From NCBI GenBank assembly GCA_965235115.1, contig OZ249436.1, forward strand, positions 15,006,001 to 15,070,000: a stretch of 64,000 bases of DNA. Direction: 5' to 3'. Positions within the stretch are counted from its first letter, which is position 1; each line of letters begins with the position of its first letter. The stretch comes from Laetmonice hystrix (Eukaryota). Below the pieces are notes generated by a model. It saw nothing but the letters and a program-made list of their open reading frames with translations. It did no database searches and had not been told where the DNA came from. Positions 1 to 13,744 of this stretch are shown here, one piece after another. Position numbers and translations under genes: made by a program.

Positions 1-1348
1 CCGATTTGGCATGCCGTTTTCTTGTATATCTTCTATACCCAGAAGAACAGTCATCCCACCATAGCGGCGTCTCCTACCCTTACCCCATGTTGTCACTACT
101 AGTGTTGGCTTGAGCAATTTCCACATTGAGGTCTCGTCACAGTATTAGTCTGCAGGTTATACAGAATACCACCGTGTGTCGACAGCATTCCGACTGCCTG
201 CGAGCTCCACGTTCTACATCTCCTGAGTACTGCAGCTCCTACAGCGGCACTGGCAAGCACGATTCCTTCTCATAAACCTACAAACCAGAGCGTCATGTGC
301 GTTTCCACCGAGTCCGCTTTCTTCACGTCCACCGTTCCATGTTAACGTATCACTGCACAAATTACATCTGCCGAACGGTCAATGGAAAATGGAAAAACAT
401 CAGCCTCCAGAACTTTCCTTCGGTAATGCTGTAGAAGGTTAAGTACTTCCTTAGTCAAGTACCTATCTACATTAACACCTTTTGTGCCGCTACCACAATG
501 CATGTAATAAAATGGCCAGTTCCGATGTCAAATACCAGATAAAGCCTATCAGAAAGCGAGTACCTAGTGTTGTGTCGGCCATGTGCACAGTGCAGGACAA
601 TATCTAGTGCTGCCGTCTCCCGTGACCTGTCTCCATCAATGTTGCTGATATGTGCATGCAAGCTAAGTATCAACTGACAAGTCCTGATTATAAATTCCCT
701 GTCAGACCCCATAAGGCCTGTTAAACCTCCCGTGATCGGCCAAACTGGATTTCGGGACTATCATGGTATGTACAACGAAAAGTCAGTTGCCTCATCCATT
801 TTGTCAGGATTCCATCTAAATTCGTCATACTACATACACTTCTTCAGGAATTTAATATTATGGTATGCAAACAAACTTATATAAACTTTGCTTTCTTGAT
901 GCCTGCGTAGATCTCAAACAAACTTTCTCGGGGAAAAAGTCCTGTCATTTTATCAAAACCATTAAGCACTAATTACTGTACTACTGCTATAGATGTAGGT
1001 ATTATCCATCACTAATGCTTGCTCCAGTTCGTTATTTTGTATTTTAACACGAGCTTTTACACCAGTGTTGATGGGTAACAAGAATTTGTAGGAACTCATA
1101 TTCCTATTGCAGATTTCGGAGTTTCGGGTATGCTGCAGCAGCGTTGTAGAAGTGCACTGAAAGAGGGACAAGGTTTCCTGTTATGGCATATCCTGAATAT
1201 GTTTAACTGCAAAGATATCTCCAACACTATTGTCTGTGTGTGTCATTTGTGTTCCCTGTGTATCTATAGCTACAAGCCTGGCTGCAGTGAGAACGGTTGG
1301 TGCGAGTAAGGCCTCTAAATTAAACGGCCCTAACCAGAATGTTGGCCG

Positions 1349-4300
1349 TCAAAGTTGTGACAACTCTTTGTCCAGAATGGCCAGCATCATGTCCACCATG
1401 CAGTCGGAAGCCGACGCCGGGCACATGTAGCCTTCACCAAGCCGTGCCTGCAGTCTGGACATGTACGGCGCCAGCCTCGTGTGCCAACCCATGGACGCAT
1501 CCTCACTCAACATGCCCTGAAGCATCTCTCTGCTGTCCCACAGCTGCCGCGACAGGTGGACAGCTGACCGCGAGCGACCCTCGCCAGAAGTGGACGTTGC
1601 TGCTGCGTCATCAGTGGAACTACAACGGAGATCAAGCACCTCGATGTTGAGATCACTATCTTGGCTGGGGGGAGTGACTGTTGTTTTTGGTGGAGGCACG
1701 TGTAGCTTGTAACCGTGTCGATGTGGTTTCCTGTAAAAACGCAAGGGTAAGTCTTCCTTCTCAGTCTCTCGGTCAGCCTCCTCAGGCTCCTCCTTCAGCA
1801 CGTCCCTTGTCTCAGCGATTTCTCTGGAAGAAGGTGACGTGGTTTGAAGCCTGACAGTAGAATCGGCAGATAAGACCTCCTTCACCTCGCCACTACCATG
1901 TCCACTTCCTCTCTCAGGGTACGTTCCCACCAAAGGAGATGTCTGAGTTGCCGGTGCTGACCTCTGATACAAGAACTGTGGGTCCTGGGGCCAGGAGCTG
2001 CTCCTCTCTCGTGCCAACAGACCTTCGTCCACTTCCAGTCGGACCTCTGGCATGCTGGCCCGCTGGCCCGGTCCACACCTCTCTACCCTGAGGCCTCGCT
2101 CAGGCGTCCCACTGCGCCCCATGGCCTTCTCTTTCTTGTGTCTCCATCCAGCTGGTACTCCAGAGGGGAACTGCTCTTTGCTGGAGTTGTCCTTTTTTAA
2201 GTCCATGAAGGTGTTACACAGATCCAGTGCCTCAGAGAGGGCCTCCTCTATACTGGAGAAGCCACCCTCAGATGGAGCCTTGTCCACGCGAGCCTGATAC
2301 GGTGCAGCCCAGGCACTCTCTGACTGTAGGATCTGGTTTGCCTTGTCAAACATACTGACCATGTTTTCGGAGATGAAACGGCGATAGACCTCGATGGTAA
2401 CGACATACTGTGGTCGGAGGTGAGGCTCAACATGACATAGCTGTTCCATGGTGTACCCAAGGAAGTAGTTGTGTCTGTGGCGCTGCAGCCAGACTCGAAG
2501 CTGTTCAGCCACAGAGAAATTACTGGGCAGTGGCTTGAAGAGAGTTTCAATGGTGTCCTCTCTGTCAGCAGCTGGGAGTTCTGCATCACTCTGGTTATCA
2601 GGTTGATCCTGTGGTGATTCTCGGTACGTGCCTAGGTACTTTGGTATTTTTATCATTTTGCTGATGGCTGTTTCCAATGAGGAGTGATGCTCTGACTTTG
2701 GGCTGTCATACAAGGACATTCTCCGACCGTCTGTTGTTTGTCCTGGTGATAAAGCCAGCCGCCTTTGACTGTGGCTAATAACTTCACTATCACCACCCCT
2801 TGGGGCATCCTCCTCTTTAAGGGACATGGCAAGCAATACCTCCTGGGTCTTTCGGTCACCTTCCATGACACGGGATGCCTTAGGTCTTGCTGTGGGCGAG
2901 TGGTCGTCACCAACCTCAGATGCTGAGGTTGCACTCATTTCAAAGCTACGCTTCCTATTCTTGCTCTGGTGCTCTAGTCTCAAAGCACTGCTGCCTAAGA
3001 TGGTACCCTGCTGGATAGAGTCATCACCACACGTTACTGCGGGGCGCTGCAGGGCTTGGTATGGTGCCAGCAGTGGGTTGTAGTGGACCCCTGGGTGGAT
3101 GACTGTAAGAGGCGATGAATTGGCAGACCTGGACATCATTGAAAGTCCTGAGCCCACGGTGCTCATGTAAGGGGGCGGTTGTAGGCCTGGCGAGGACAGG
3201 GCACTGTGTGAACTGGGACTGGGTGAGGAGTTGGCACTGCAGATGTGGCTCGCCCCTTCGTCACTCGTCAAGAAGGATCCTCTCCTTGCGACTGGGTGGT
3301 CTTCTACCACGGAAACACTGAGTGGCGAACGGCAGCGTGAATAGCTGCCCCCTGAGGCTGGCGTACCACTGACGTTGTCATGGGCAAACTCCATCCGACC
3401 ACTGACGTTTGAACCATCAATGAGAGCAGCTTTGTGCCTGGCCCTCAGGCTGGCATTTCGGTCATCGGTTAAGTCCGAAATGGCACGAGGGCGCCCTTTT
3501 GGAGGTTCCAGAAGGCCGTCTCCACTATCCCCAGCTTTGTGCTTTGCCCGACTGGAGAAATCCTCTCGGAGGTCCCCAGTGAGGTACACAGCAGTTACTT
3601 CACTGTTGAGGTCCATCTGCGACTTGACAACATTGTGCATTTTATAGCGGCCTGAAAATTCCCGCCACAGCCTACCAGCCTCTTGTTTGACCTCACATAG
3701 ACTGTGGAACCCTCCCTCACTTGGCGGTCTTGTTAGTCTGGCACGGAACTCATCAGCCCAAGGTTCAGTGGATTCTAAAGCAAACTGGAGGTTTGAATCA
3801 TACTTCATGGCATTACGATGGCAGTATTCTTTGTACAGCTGTCGGGTTACCACCATTTTGGGGCGAACAAGGGTATCAAGCTGCTGCAATGCATCCTCTG
3901 TCCAACCAAGGAAGTAATTGTGTTTATGACGGAGCACAGTGATGCGAACCTTGTCAAGTAAACTCAGTTGCTGATCAGCCAAACTTGGAAACAGGAAAGA
4001 AAGCCCTCTTTCAGACTTCTTGTACTCCGATGGTTTGAATATTAGCGACTTTCGGTTCTGGTCTGAACCTGGTGTTGAGGTGACTGAGGATGAGGGGGTG
4101 ACAGGGAGAGAGGTGGGGCTGGAACTGGAGGGAGTTGTGGTGAGGGTCGGGGTGGATGTTGTGGCATATATGGCTGGCAGTTCAGGAAGGCCATGGTAGC
4201 CAGTGACCATAGTAGGGATAAACACACTACCTCCAGGCTGTAGAACCATGCCATGAACACCTGGCAGCATACCCGGGGAGCCAAGGCTTACAGGTAGCCC

Positions 4301-6696
4301 ATGTTGGGAAATACTCGGGGCTTGCAGCCTGCTCTGTAACATTGCATGAGCACCGATTTCTATACAGCTACGACTCCTTTCTCTGGTTGGATATCCTGGC
4401 GAGAGGTCATCATCGGATTTACCCCCGTGCTCCCGGTGCAGCTGCAATGTTGTTGTTTCATCAGGACCAGTTATTTCTGTAGAGGGAACATCAGGGTATT
4501 CTACTTTCTCTGATTCCGTGATGGATCGCGTTTCTTGGGAGGGCACACTGTCATGGCCATTAGTCTGAATAAGACTTGATCCAAAACATTCTGGATCACT
4601 TAACATTGACACGTTGCTCTCAGTTCTTGTTCTGTCACTCATCAGAGAAACACTGCTGAAGCTCCTAGCTCTGCTGTCAAACGACACCAGGCTGCTGCTT
4701 CTCGAGGACCGCTGGTACTCGACCTCCTTATGTATCGGGTCATCTCCCTCCGTTACCACCTCCGGGACGTCGATACAGAGTGTTCCTGCAGCTCTGTCTT
4801 CAGGTTGGTCATCAGCAGGACTGCTCCCTCTACTGGAGACCTTGCGTGTTCCGCCAGGTCTGTCAGAATCAATTCGTTCCTCAGAGTCATGCTGACCTTC
4901 TGCCGGACCACCAGCTCCTCCAGGTTTAGATGCCATACCTTCTCGGCTGCGTGCAGGGAACGTGGCCTCACAGTCTCCTACGTCCTTTGGGGTTTCTTTG
5001 CTTGGGAGACTATCCTCCTGGTCTTGGCTGTCGTCATGACTCTGCCCCGGGTCCAGGTCCTCCCAGCTACTGTCTGCACCTTCTGACGTCAGGCTTGATC
5101 CTCCACGTCTTCCACGGTACTTACTCTTGGGGTTCGGGTAGCGTGCTTGGTGACTCTTGTAGTTTTCAGAGTACTTTCTCCACAGTTCTGCCGCTGCTAT
5201 TTTAACTTGACAGAGACCTGCAAAATACCATGGATTACCTAAGTTTCATTTTCCGTTTTTCACATTGAAATTTATAATTCCCCAAGGAGTGACCTTGGAT
5301 AAGGTATTTTGTTGTATACCTGTACAAATATTTGAATCCTAAATTAAGTTGTCGATCACATAACGCCAATTTGTCTCTGCCCAAGTTCCTAACCTAATTA
5401 CATTAGCGGGAATAGCCTAATTATAGCTCAATTAAAGAGAAGCTTTAAGCTTTAAAATTTAACCTAATTCTAGTTGGCTACTCAAGAATTTGACCTCCAC
5501 TTTTTTTTCATGGTCAAGTCACTTTTTATCCAATCTAGCAGTCGGATAACCTACATCTTACACCTACCACTAAATCCACCTTGGTTTTGTGGCTTCTTGA
5601 GCTTCTCCCGGAATGCTTGAGCCCACTGGTCATCTGACTCCAGACAATATTTGAGCTTCACATTCCGGCAATGTTCACTCCTAGAAGAGAGTTACATTGC
5701 TCAGTTATGACAGGCCTTCGCTTACTGGTGGGTCATGACCAAAAACAAAACAGAAGGATTAAAAAGTTGGGATCCACACTAACTAGTCCTATCCAACATA
5801 ATGAGAAAAATAAATATCAACAGTTTTCCTTCTTGAAATTCCAACTCTTTAAAAGAAATACAGCCAGCACATGATTTTTTACTGATCTACCTACACCCCA
5901 TCAACGCGATTTACCTGTTCATATGCAGTTTGTAAAGATCTGGTGTGATGGGGGTGATAGGTCTCAGTTTGGGGTCAACCGTCTGCAGCTGTTCTTCTGT
6001 CCACCCGACGAAGTACTTGTGATCATGACGTGCCACCCAGATGAGGGCTTTTTCCAGGAGGCCAAGTTCTTCTCCCAGAGGTTGAAACAAATATCTCATT
6101 CCAACCAGCTTACGGTTGGCGTGACGACGTCCACCCTCACTCCCACCACCGCCTGGACTACACGGGCTGCCGGCATACCGACGAACTTCAGGTGGACTAT
6201 TTGGGCCGTAGGCTGACCAACCAACAGAATTAGTCATTAAACAAACTCTCTTTGACAGTGCTGCATTCAGGTATGAAATGTTCGAGAAAAATATTTCAAT
6301 ACTCAAGCTCCAAGATAATACATCAGTCATACTCTAATGCCTTTTTGGCCAAAAAACATAAGACTTGGCTCCCTGTCATTTAGATATACTAATAAAAAGG
6401 GCATAAAGTGTAAGAGAATCAATAAGTAACAGCTCAATAAGCAACAACTTTCCCTGACTTTGTTTAATCCTACCTTCCACACTATCTAAGGGCGAGCATC
6501 CAGCTCCGGATTCCCAGCCATTCATGCATAATTTGCGATCGCCAGTGCTGTCTGATGATGTGGGTGGACAGCAGGTGTCGCCGTTGTTACGTTTATGTTC
6601 GCCGACGGGTGACGGCCCCCCTGGAATGCCCTCTGCTGACGAGTCCTGGAGGCCATACCAGCCGAGCATCTCTTTAATCGTACTCTCAGCATAGCT
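1349..6696 (-). CDS. Exons 2-5 of a large uncharacterised protein (~1527 aa with exon 1): SOBP-like N-terminal motif, three copies of an unrecognised ~120-aa domain, Ser/Pro/acidic linkers and a helical C-terminal domain; probable nuclear regulator
   Basis: Phase-consistent GT-AG model: 6696-6474 (ttgcag|AGCTAT...GAAG|gtagga), 6212-5915 (ggtcag|CCTAC...AACAG|gtaa), 5680-5568 (ttctag|GAGTG...AGTG|gtaggt), 5217-1349 (ttgcag|GTCTC... into the 1195-aa ORF, stop TGA). Splicing rebuilds a third copy of the domain that is present twice in the long ORF, which independently supports the junctions. Confidence 0.9.
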
Positions 6697-9600
6697 CTGC
6701 AACAGACAAAAAAACATAGACCTTTTATCAACCGAATAATGAGAAAAGTATTCTCTTGTCATAAGGAACCAATCTTGATGTTTATTTTTCTGTGAACATT
6801 ATAACGACAAACCTTCAGACAACTTTCTCTATCAAACGTACATAGTTTTCCATTACATACATTTCGTTTTCAGAAGCCGGTATGCATACATGCACCATTT
6901 AATTTGAACTTGTCTGGTAAATGATCTGATGAATGGTACGAAGCGTGGCACTTGGTTCTATCCCCTAAGACTTCACGAGGCCCTTCTACAACTCTAGAAA
7001 TGTGGTTCCAATGTTTTTCATTGAAGCCCTGCAGGAGGCGCTGGTGACTGTTTCACAAACAGCCGACCAGCAGTAACGTTACCCTCCGATATGCTGACTC
7101 ACGTCTCAGTCTGTAAGCTTACCAGGTGAAATACAATAAATCTTAAGGAAACCCCCACATACTGATTGGTGTCAACAGATTAAATATTCAACCAACCAGG
7201 TGCCTGCTGACCTAGTTTCACCCACCACCACCTGGATAATTACAAAATTATCCAATACCCAAGTTCTATTGAAGCTCCTCATGAACTATCATGAAGATTA
7301 AAACCAAAGCTGAGCCACTGAAAACTCCACACGGGACATAATGTCTGACTGGTGTTGATAGGTCACATCTTGGCCCAGGTCCACTGAATATGCTCTGCTC
7401 AAGTAACAGGCACATAGACCAAACGGATTGTTGAACTAGATACTTATTTGTGTTAAATGGTAGTCCGAATTTGTGTTTAAAACTAGTCTGACCAGAAATC
7501 GGTTCCTGCTGAACACCAAACCACCACAGTAGGCGGGTTCATGCTGAATATTCCTTAGCTTGACCCCTGGTCCATTCTTTCACGTCTATCAATATATCAA
7601 CACAGTGTTAGTGTTACACATCGGCCCTTTGATAAGCCAGTCAGTAGCACTAGCCAGATAGTAGATTTGAACCCTTAATCTGAAGGCATTAAGATCTTTG
7701 CTTTTACTCGCTGGGCCACCCCCACATCCCTTTATCTTGGACCAGGTTATCTTGCAGTTATTTCAATGAAACCAACTGAAAAGTCAAAATGCAGAACTAA
7801 ATGTAGCTTGAAGTTTTAAAAAATCAACGTTATTGGTCTAGAGATTTTCTTATTTTCTGCCTGGATTTGAACAAGATTCTTACTACACTAGAAATTGACA
7901 TGTTTTTGAGATGAGCCTGTACCATGGGCCTAGAATGAGCGTACGATGATCCCGAGGGTGTCGCCCCTTTCTCAAAATGTGCAAATTGTGATTCTGATAC
8001 TTCAAGGACTGATGACAAGCAATCCCACTGCACTGGAACTTAAAAAAAGTCAATATCCCCCGTATATTTTACTGACATCTGGTTGGAACATGTAAATCAT
8101 TAAAAGAAGATAAATCCAAGAACCTACGCCCATACATCTAATAAAATATGTTATGGAAATGAATACGTCCAACCTATCCATACATGTACGGCGAGCGAAA
8201 TTTGCCTTTCACGTTCTGCCTGAAGAACCTTTTATGGCTAGGCAGAATTGTGCTGACGGAGCGGACGGTTTATCGGGAAACCTCCATCTCACACGTGCAC
8301 GACTTGCGAGCCGAGAAGGAAACGCATCGGCAAGGGTTTTTTTTTTGTCAGCACACTGTGTGACACACCGAGCCAACACAGTTGGACGCTAATTAACACT
8401 CGCCAGAAGCATCACCTTCCGTTGTGTCGCCAGAACGCAACATCATTCCCCTCCATTCGTTACGTGTTGAAAGAACCCAGCTAACGGTATGACGTGGACA
8501 TGCAGTTCATGACCTTAACTCGAAACAGTTGAGAGGTGAGCGGATTTAAACCAATGGGCATGGGAAACCTTGACTGCGTCATGTGTACTGGCTATTGGAT
8601 ATGACCAACGTTGATATGACAGAAGGGCTGCGTTCCACTGGCTTGTGACACAGCTGCTTTGCAGGCCAACATAATCCATCTATGACAATGCCTGTACAGT
8701 GGTACCTCAATGTCACAATATGCCCAGTCACGCTACACGTTGCTGCCTCGCTGGGAGTGGTTAGACTCCGAGTGATTTTCAATTCAACCGCTATAAGTAA
8801 GCTACATGGTTAAAGAGCGCTGCCTGGTTATTTTGAGCAACACCTTGCAATCGCGCTAGATTTAAGATTACACGATGGCTAATACACAATGTACCTGGTG
8901 TGATATAATTATGCTGCACCTAAATGCCCCACACCTGTCCTACCAACGCATTGACGATACAACCATTTACTTTTAATTTGATGACTCAACTGTTCTTTTA
9001 ATGTACATGCTAGCCATAAATCCTCATGTCAAGATCTATGCGACACTCAATCTGCGTTGAACAACTGAAAGGTGAGATTATATCTTGACCTCAGATGCCG
9101 CATCTGTAGCTTGAAATACTTTAACAATGGTTCAATGTGCAGCACAGAGCTGTCAGACAATGTCACATGCTGGACAGTCCGACATCATAGCCATAGGTGG
9201 GGGGGGGGGGGAGGTGTGGAAGGGGGCGGTGATTCTGATCAATGCATTACTACAAATGACGCGTGTATATTAACCCTTTATACCCGGTAAAAACTGTACG
9301 ATGGCACTGTAGTAATAATCAGTACATGGACACATCATGGTTGGCAACTCCCTGTTAACTCTTGAGGAAAATAGAAATAAATTTCCAATTTCGTATCCGT
9401 GGAGTGGAGTTAATAGGGGTCAAACTAATCTTCATGTGATGTCAGACATCCAGTTTCAAAGCAAAAGCTTTCACATGAGCAAAGTCTTTGTGCTCACTAC
9501 GGATGAATCATAACTTCCTCTTAAAAAGGCTAACCACAACTAATATCATCAAAAAGAATTAATTTTATAACGAACCAAATCAAAGATTTGGTGTTCTTGA

Positions 9601-12600
9601 AGACGTCTCCGATGTACAGTTCTGTTCTTTTCTTGAACTCTATTCGACTTTCTGGGTCAGTATCACGGATACGTGACTCATTGGTCTACCCGTGTAGCAC
9701 AGCCGTGCTCATGCGCCAGAGAGTTCTGTACCTCTCACGTCCCGGTAGATGGACACAGACCACTTCAAAGTCGGTCACTTTGGGCCATTTTCAACTCAAA
9801 TAAATTTTCAAAGACATGGACCACAAACTGCTTTGGAGGTAAAGACACTAAGCTGTGTTTGTAATTATTAACTCGTTTGGTTCATATGGTTTCCTGTACC
9901 GAGTGATTACCATTATTATTAGGTCATTAACATAACTAGGATTATCTCATCTGACTGTCTGTGGCAAGAGTTATAAAATAGGATTCTGCATCACGTGGGA
10001 GGATGGCTTAAAAAGGCCACTACCCTTCCCCACCCGTTTTGATGACTGAAAGGCCGTCTTAATCACACATAAATGATTGGATGAATTTGCGTCTTGCTGA
10101 TGGTGACATTTTAACCATCTTGTGTGGGAGTACAATTACGAGCAAATGTGAGAAGTTGGCCACCGGTAGCAGGGCTCTCGAGACGGATTTGAAATCTCAA
10201 CTCTAGTCTAAACCTTGCTGACGAAATTACCTGTGTCTAGTCCAGAACTACATCTATTCATTCTCAATTACAGCCTGTTTTGTTTTACTCCCTCCACATC
10301 AACACCGCTCTGTGCCCTTGATGCATCAAACAGTTTTACCCCTATCCAAAAACCACCTGCAGTCTGACTGGAGATATTTCTGTATACAAGTCAGTGGTAC
10401 TAGTGCTGAATGATCCTGTCACTGTTGCCGACAGTCTGGTCCTCGACATTGTGAATGCCCTGTAGATGACATTTGTCGGCAGTGTCTGAAGGGAAGCACT
10501 TGAGCATTCGGAAGTGACGGCAAGGTGCTGCCGGCTAATGTTCCACGTGCAGGAGGAGCCAGGTCAGGGCCTTCCCTCAGCGTGCACCTTTCCTTTCTTC
10601 ATTTCCGGAGATGATTATTACGATGACGTGAATGCTGCACAACGCAGATCCAACTGTGACAAAATGACAACTACCGACACTGTAATTCTAAGGAGAGAAA
10701 GACAGACACATAATACATGCATGGATATGTCTGGTTTTGTTTTTAAACTCTGCAGGCCTGTTGGGGGAGACTCCCCTGATAAAGCAGTCAACCCTCAAAG
10801 GTTTTCTAGCTCCCCCCGCCCCCCCCCCCCCCCAGAAAAATCCTACCCATAGGCATCCCCTGCAAGTGCTTAAACCCCCAAGTTGGAATCCTGCCGGAAG
10901 ATTTGCTCTGTATACAAGAAATATACCGTAAAACATAGTTACAGTGATCGAATGACCCTTTTTTCAATTTGTGTTCACTATACAATGGGGTAATCTAAAC
11001 ACATACCTTTGAAAGTAGTTAAAATATCAACACTATAAATGAAAGAAGATTCCTGAGTTGACAATAGCAATTACTGGTATAGGTTTTATCTATCTATCCA
11101 CTCTAATATTATCTCAGATTTGATTTAATTCCCAACAATTCTCAGACAGCATGTTCAACCTCCTTTTCGTCTCTATTTATATTATTATAGCATACTTGTA
11201 CACACACAAATTGTATATCATATATCACGGGTTGAGGGTTATTCTGTTCCGTATTTTTGTATGAAAACCTGAGCTGTGGGGGCAGTACTCCTAGACTGTG
11301 GGCTGTGCGCTGCGTGAATTGCATCTCCTCCAGACCGAAAACCAGGATGTTTCCAAGAACAATATTCTGCAGCAGTGTATTTATAATCTGTGACAAAACA
11401 TTCGGTAACCAAAGAATCGACTGCAGTCACTAGAAAAAAAGACCTGTTTACAATATATATACCGCAGACCTTCGAAAAAAAAAACTCCATGGGAACGGCC
11501 TGGCACAGTGGGTATCAGTGTTTGGAGATGCTGAAGCAGTCTAGTGTCTGAGCGGACTGGCATGGTGAACAGTTAACACTAGAGACAGCAGGAACTAGCA
11601 TGGCCAAGTCCTGAGCGTGATCAAAAATAGACACTTGTCCTCAATGTGATCGTCCCACCTGTACGTGTTAATAGCTTTTCATCGCCTCGCCACACAAACA
11701 CAAGATGTTAACATGGTTGTGGACATTTCGGCCCCTTTGTACAAGACCCTTTACACTGTAGCATTCTAAGTGGACGTAAAGGTAGAACGAATAGCATGAG
11801 CTTCTTTTTGCCATACAAATAAATTCTGTCACTGACAATTAATTACTTATTCTAACACACATTTCCTATATTGTTCAAACTTTATCTTGTGTTTGTACAA
11901 GAAAACATATGAAAACCATGATCACATTGTCATCTCTTGGCCTACACGGAGACAGGTAAGCCTCAAATGAATAGATCCTCACGTCATCACGGTGTACTGC
12001 ACATTTGCATCTTATACCGAATTCGTCCCTCCAAGAATATAGTGTTTGTTTTGTTTTAGAATCGGTGATCTAAAATTAAATTGTCCTGTACACGGCTGGA
12101 AACATGATTGCTAGATGTATCAATTTGTTAAAGCCTTGTACACGTTTTAAAGATTCGCCATTTTCTGGCCCGATATTTTTGATATAATGATGTATAAGAA
12201 CGATTGAAATTCCCAAAATTTTCGTCAGTCATAATTTCTGAAAATCTGAACTTTGCCCTCCTTTAGCTGTCATGTCACAGGAGTAACAGCGCTTCGCCTG
12301 TACACTGACTACAACAGGAAACACGTTCTTCATCCATACCCCATCTCTTCATTAAGTGGCCAAGTCGGTTGAAATGTAGGCCCTATAGGCTATGTAACGA
12401 AATGAACACATACAAATGTTCATAGCGACAACATGGTGCCATCCCATTTAGATGCAAGGAGGCCGGGACACACTGCTGACCAAAGTGACACAGGGCGATG
12501 GGGATCAAGCCAAGTGTTCATTCTCAGGCGCTGAGATCTGTTTGTGTGAAAATGAACGGAGATCAGAGTTTTTCACAACAGTAGGCCTAAACATTATTGA

Positions 12601-13744
12601 CAATATCAACCATTCAGAGGGCATGCGCGTGCTCTGCTTTTTGATCCTTATCATCTTCCCCATAACGGTACGCTTTTCATTAAATATGATAATATCAGAA
12701 CTGAAGAATTCATCTGAACCCGAACCACTGTGACCGCTCTCAGACTGAAAATGCCTTTTCGGTACCTCCTTTAGGCCTCCCTATAACCTGTGTACTCGAT
12801 ATTCATTATGTTCAGTTAAACTGTTATTGGTTCCACGTTCTAGGCCAACAGCTCCGTTTTCCGGCGCTTGACCTACCGTACACTGCTTACTATTTTGAAA
12901 ACATTAATAATTTTAAATCAAAATTATTTTCAAACATATCCTACCCTTAATAAGCCTTCGAGCCAATATCTGTTGAACTATGTAGGCCGATGTATCCGAA
13001 ATTTGCGTACCCACCTTTCTTACAGACAGAAGAGGTCAACTTATATCTCCACCCCATCCCTGACCCTCTGAATGGGTTGTGGACCTATTATTGCCAGCTA
13101 AGAAACGCTGGACTCTACCCAACTATTTTCTAACCTGATAGATGTCATAATACGAGAACCACTCGTGTACCCGGTACTAGAGTTCACCCACCAGTTACAC
13201 CGATAAACACAAACCACGAGGAACCCAGTTACAACCACAAAAATAAATGTATATCTGGTATCACCGTCTTCTTCATGTTATCCTTCAGCCGTAGACACCA
13301 TATATGTACCTATTACAGCCCTCTCTGGCCCACACTTCCCTTCCCCCCTCCCACAGGGTGCAGTGTCAGGGTAGGGTGACAAGGATGAACAGCAGCGCTA
13401 CCGCCATCACCCCTCGCCATCGCTCCGTCCAAGCGAATACTAAACCTAGCTCAGGTGCATCACCCTCAAAAGATCTCATCATCAGAGTAGCCTGAGTAAC
13501 GCAGGCCCGATAGCCTAGGGATACATTCACTTTGGAAAACCCCAATATTGTTAGTGGCATTTAACATCTTGGAATAACAGAATATTGTTTTCAAAGGTCA
13601 GTAATCAACATGACACCCTGGTGACCGCTTATCTGTAAATATATTTTTTATTCCTTTTCTACACCAGATTTCTTTATTTCAGCACATTTCCTTTTTTGAC
13701 AAGCGTAACTGTATCCTCTTGTTTATTTTGACACCTAAGAGATG

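Noticed and set aside
4934..4936. ATG of the 1195-aa ORF as the true start
   Set aside because: The frame stays open upstream to the acceptor at 5217 and completes domain repeat 1, so this Met is internal.
1339..5205. Numerous plus-strand and alternative-frame ORFs overlapping the 1195-aa ORF
   Set aside because: Shadow ORFs of a GC-richer coding exon, with no motifs or splice support.
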